Shown: positions 63,595 to 64,000 of the stretch, piece by piece
Position numbering within the stretch: the first letter of the stretch is position 1
Layout of the letters: every line of letters starts with the position of its first letter
DNA from: Selaginella moellendorffii
Lineage: Eukaryota; Plantae; Lycopodiophyta
Reading direction: 5' to 3'
Assembly: GCF_000143415.4 (NCBI RefSeq)
Contig: NW_003314273.1
Span: forward strand, 692,074 to 756,073
DNA length: 64,000 nt
Notes under the pieces: model-generated
Told to the model about the DNA's origin: nothing
Database searches by the model: none
The model's input: only the letters and a program-made list of their open reading frames with translations
Translations under genes and position numbers: made by a program

Positions 63595-64000
63595 AGAACC
63601 AAAAGAGCACAGAGGTAGCAAATGATGGGGAATCCAGAAGTGACAATCAAATTGGTGATAATCATCATTCCGTGGAACTTGACGCATCCATGAATGATCG
63701 ATTCAGCTCACGGTGAGCTTTGTCAATCGTGGACTTTGAGAAGAAGTATATCAGATTTGGATCTCTTGGATGGTTCGTAGGTAATGACGTGAGTGGCGCG
63801 AAACTCTCGTGAATATGCTGTGACCAGCAGTGCCAGACAAAACGAATCTTTGGATTTTAAATTTTAAAAAAGATCCCTCCAGAATGGCGGCTGGACGCCA
63901 CTCCAGCCGCAATTTGGAACGACCTGGCCAAACTTCCTCGCAAACCAGGGTAAATCCCCACACCTAATAAAAATCTCCGAGGGTTTTAGAGAATTTTCTT

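Overview
Eukaryotic land-plant genomic DNA. The very short GT-AG introns (about 45-65 nt), dense genes and telo-boxes are consistent with a Selaginella-like lycophyte; this is inference, not a database match. There are two 100-N gaps. Layout: (1) 1-8.7 kb is a minus-strand LTR-retrotransposon tandem (LTR-internal-LTR-second internal) with near-identical 1.85-kb LTRs that contain a CTCGGA satellite. (2) 11.9-18.8 kb is a gene cluster: an intron-containing DUF1853-like PD-(D/E)xK protein, a two-LIM protein, a germin-like protein, a frameshifted intronless kinase and a thaumatin-like protein. (3) 19-53 kb is a scrambled patchwork of direct and inverted copies of that cluster (four germin pseudo-copies; DUF1853, LIM, kinase and thaumatin fragments; a repeated AT-rich block). 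It also holds a decayed Ty3/gypsy element, solo LTRs, a nested TRIM-like element and a long fold-back. Most notably, it holds two apparently intact copies of a spliced Crinkler-like P-loop NTPase + restriction-endonuclease-fold + PHD-finger gene, linked to a decayed coiled-coil ORF. (4) 53-64 kb is ordinary single-copy genes: a small orphan ORF, RIO1 kinase, a GPI-anchored LTP and a multi-domain dehydrogenase-dehydrogenase-DUF1537 kinase-class II aldolase fusion.
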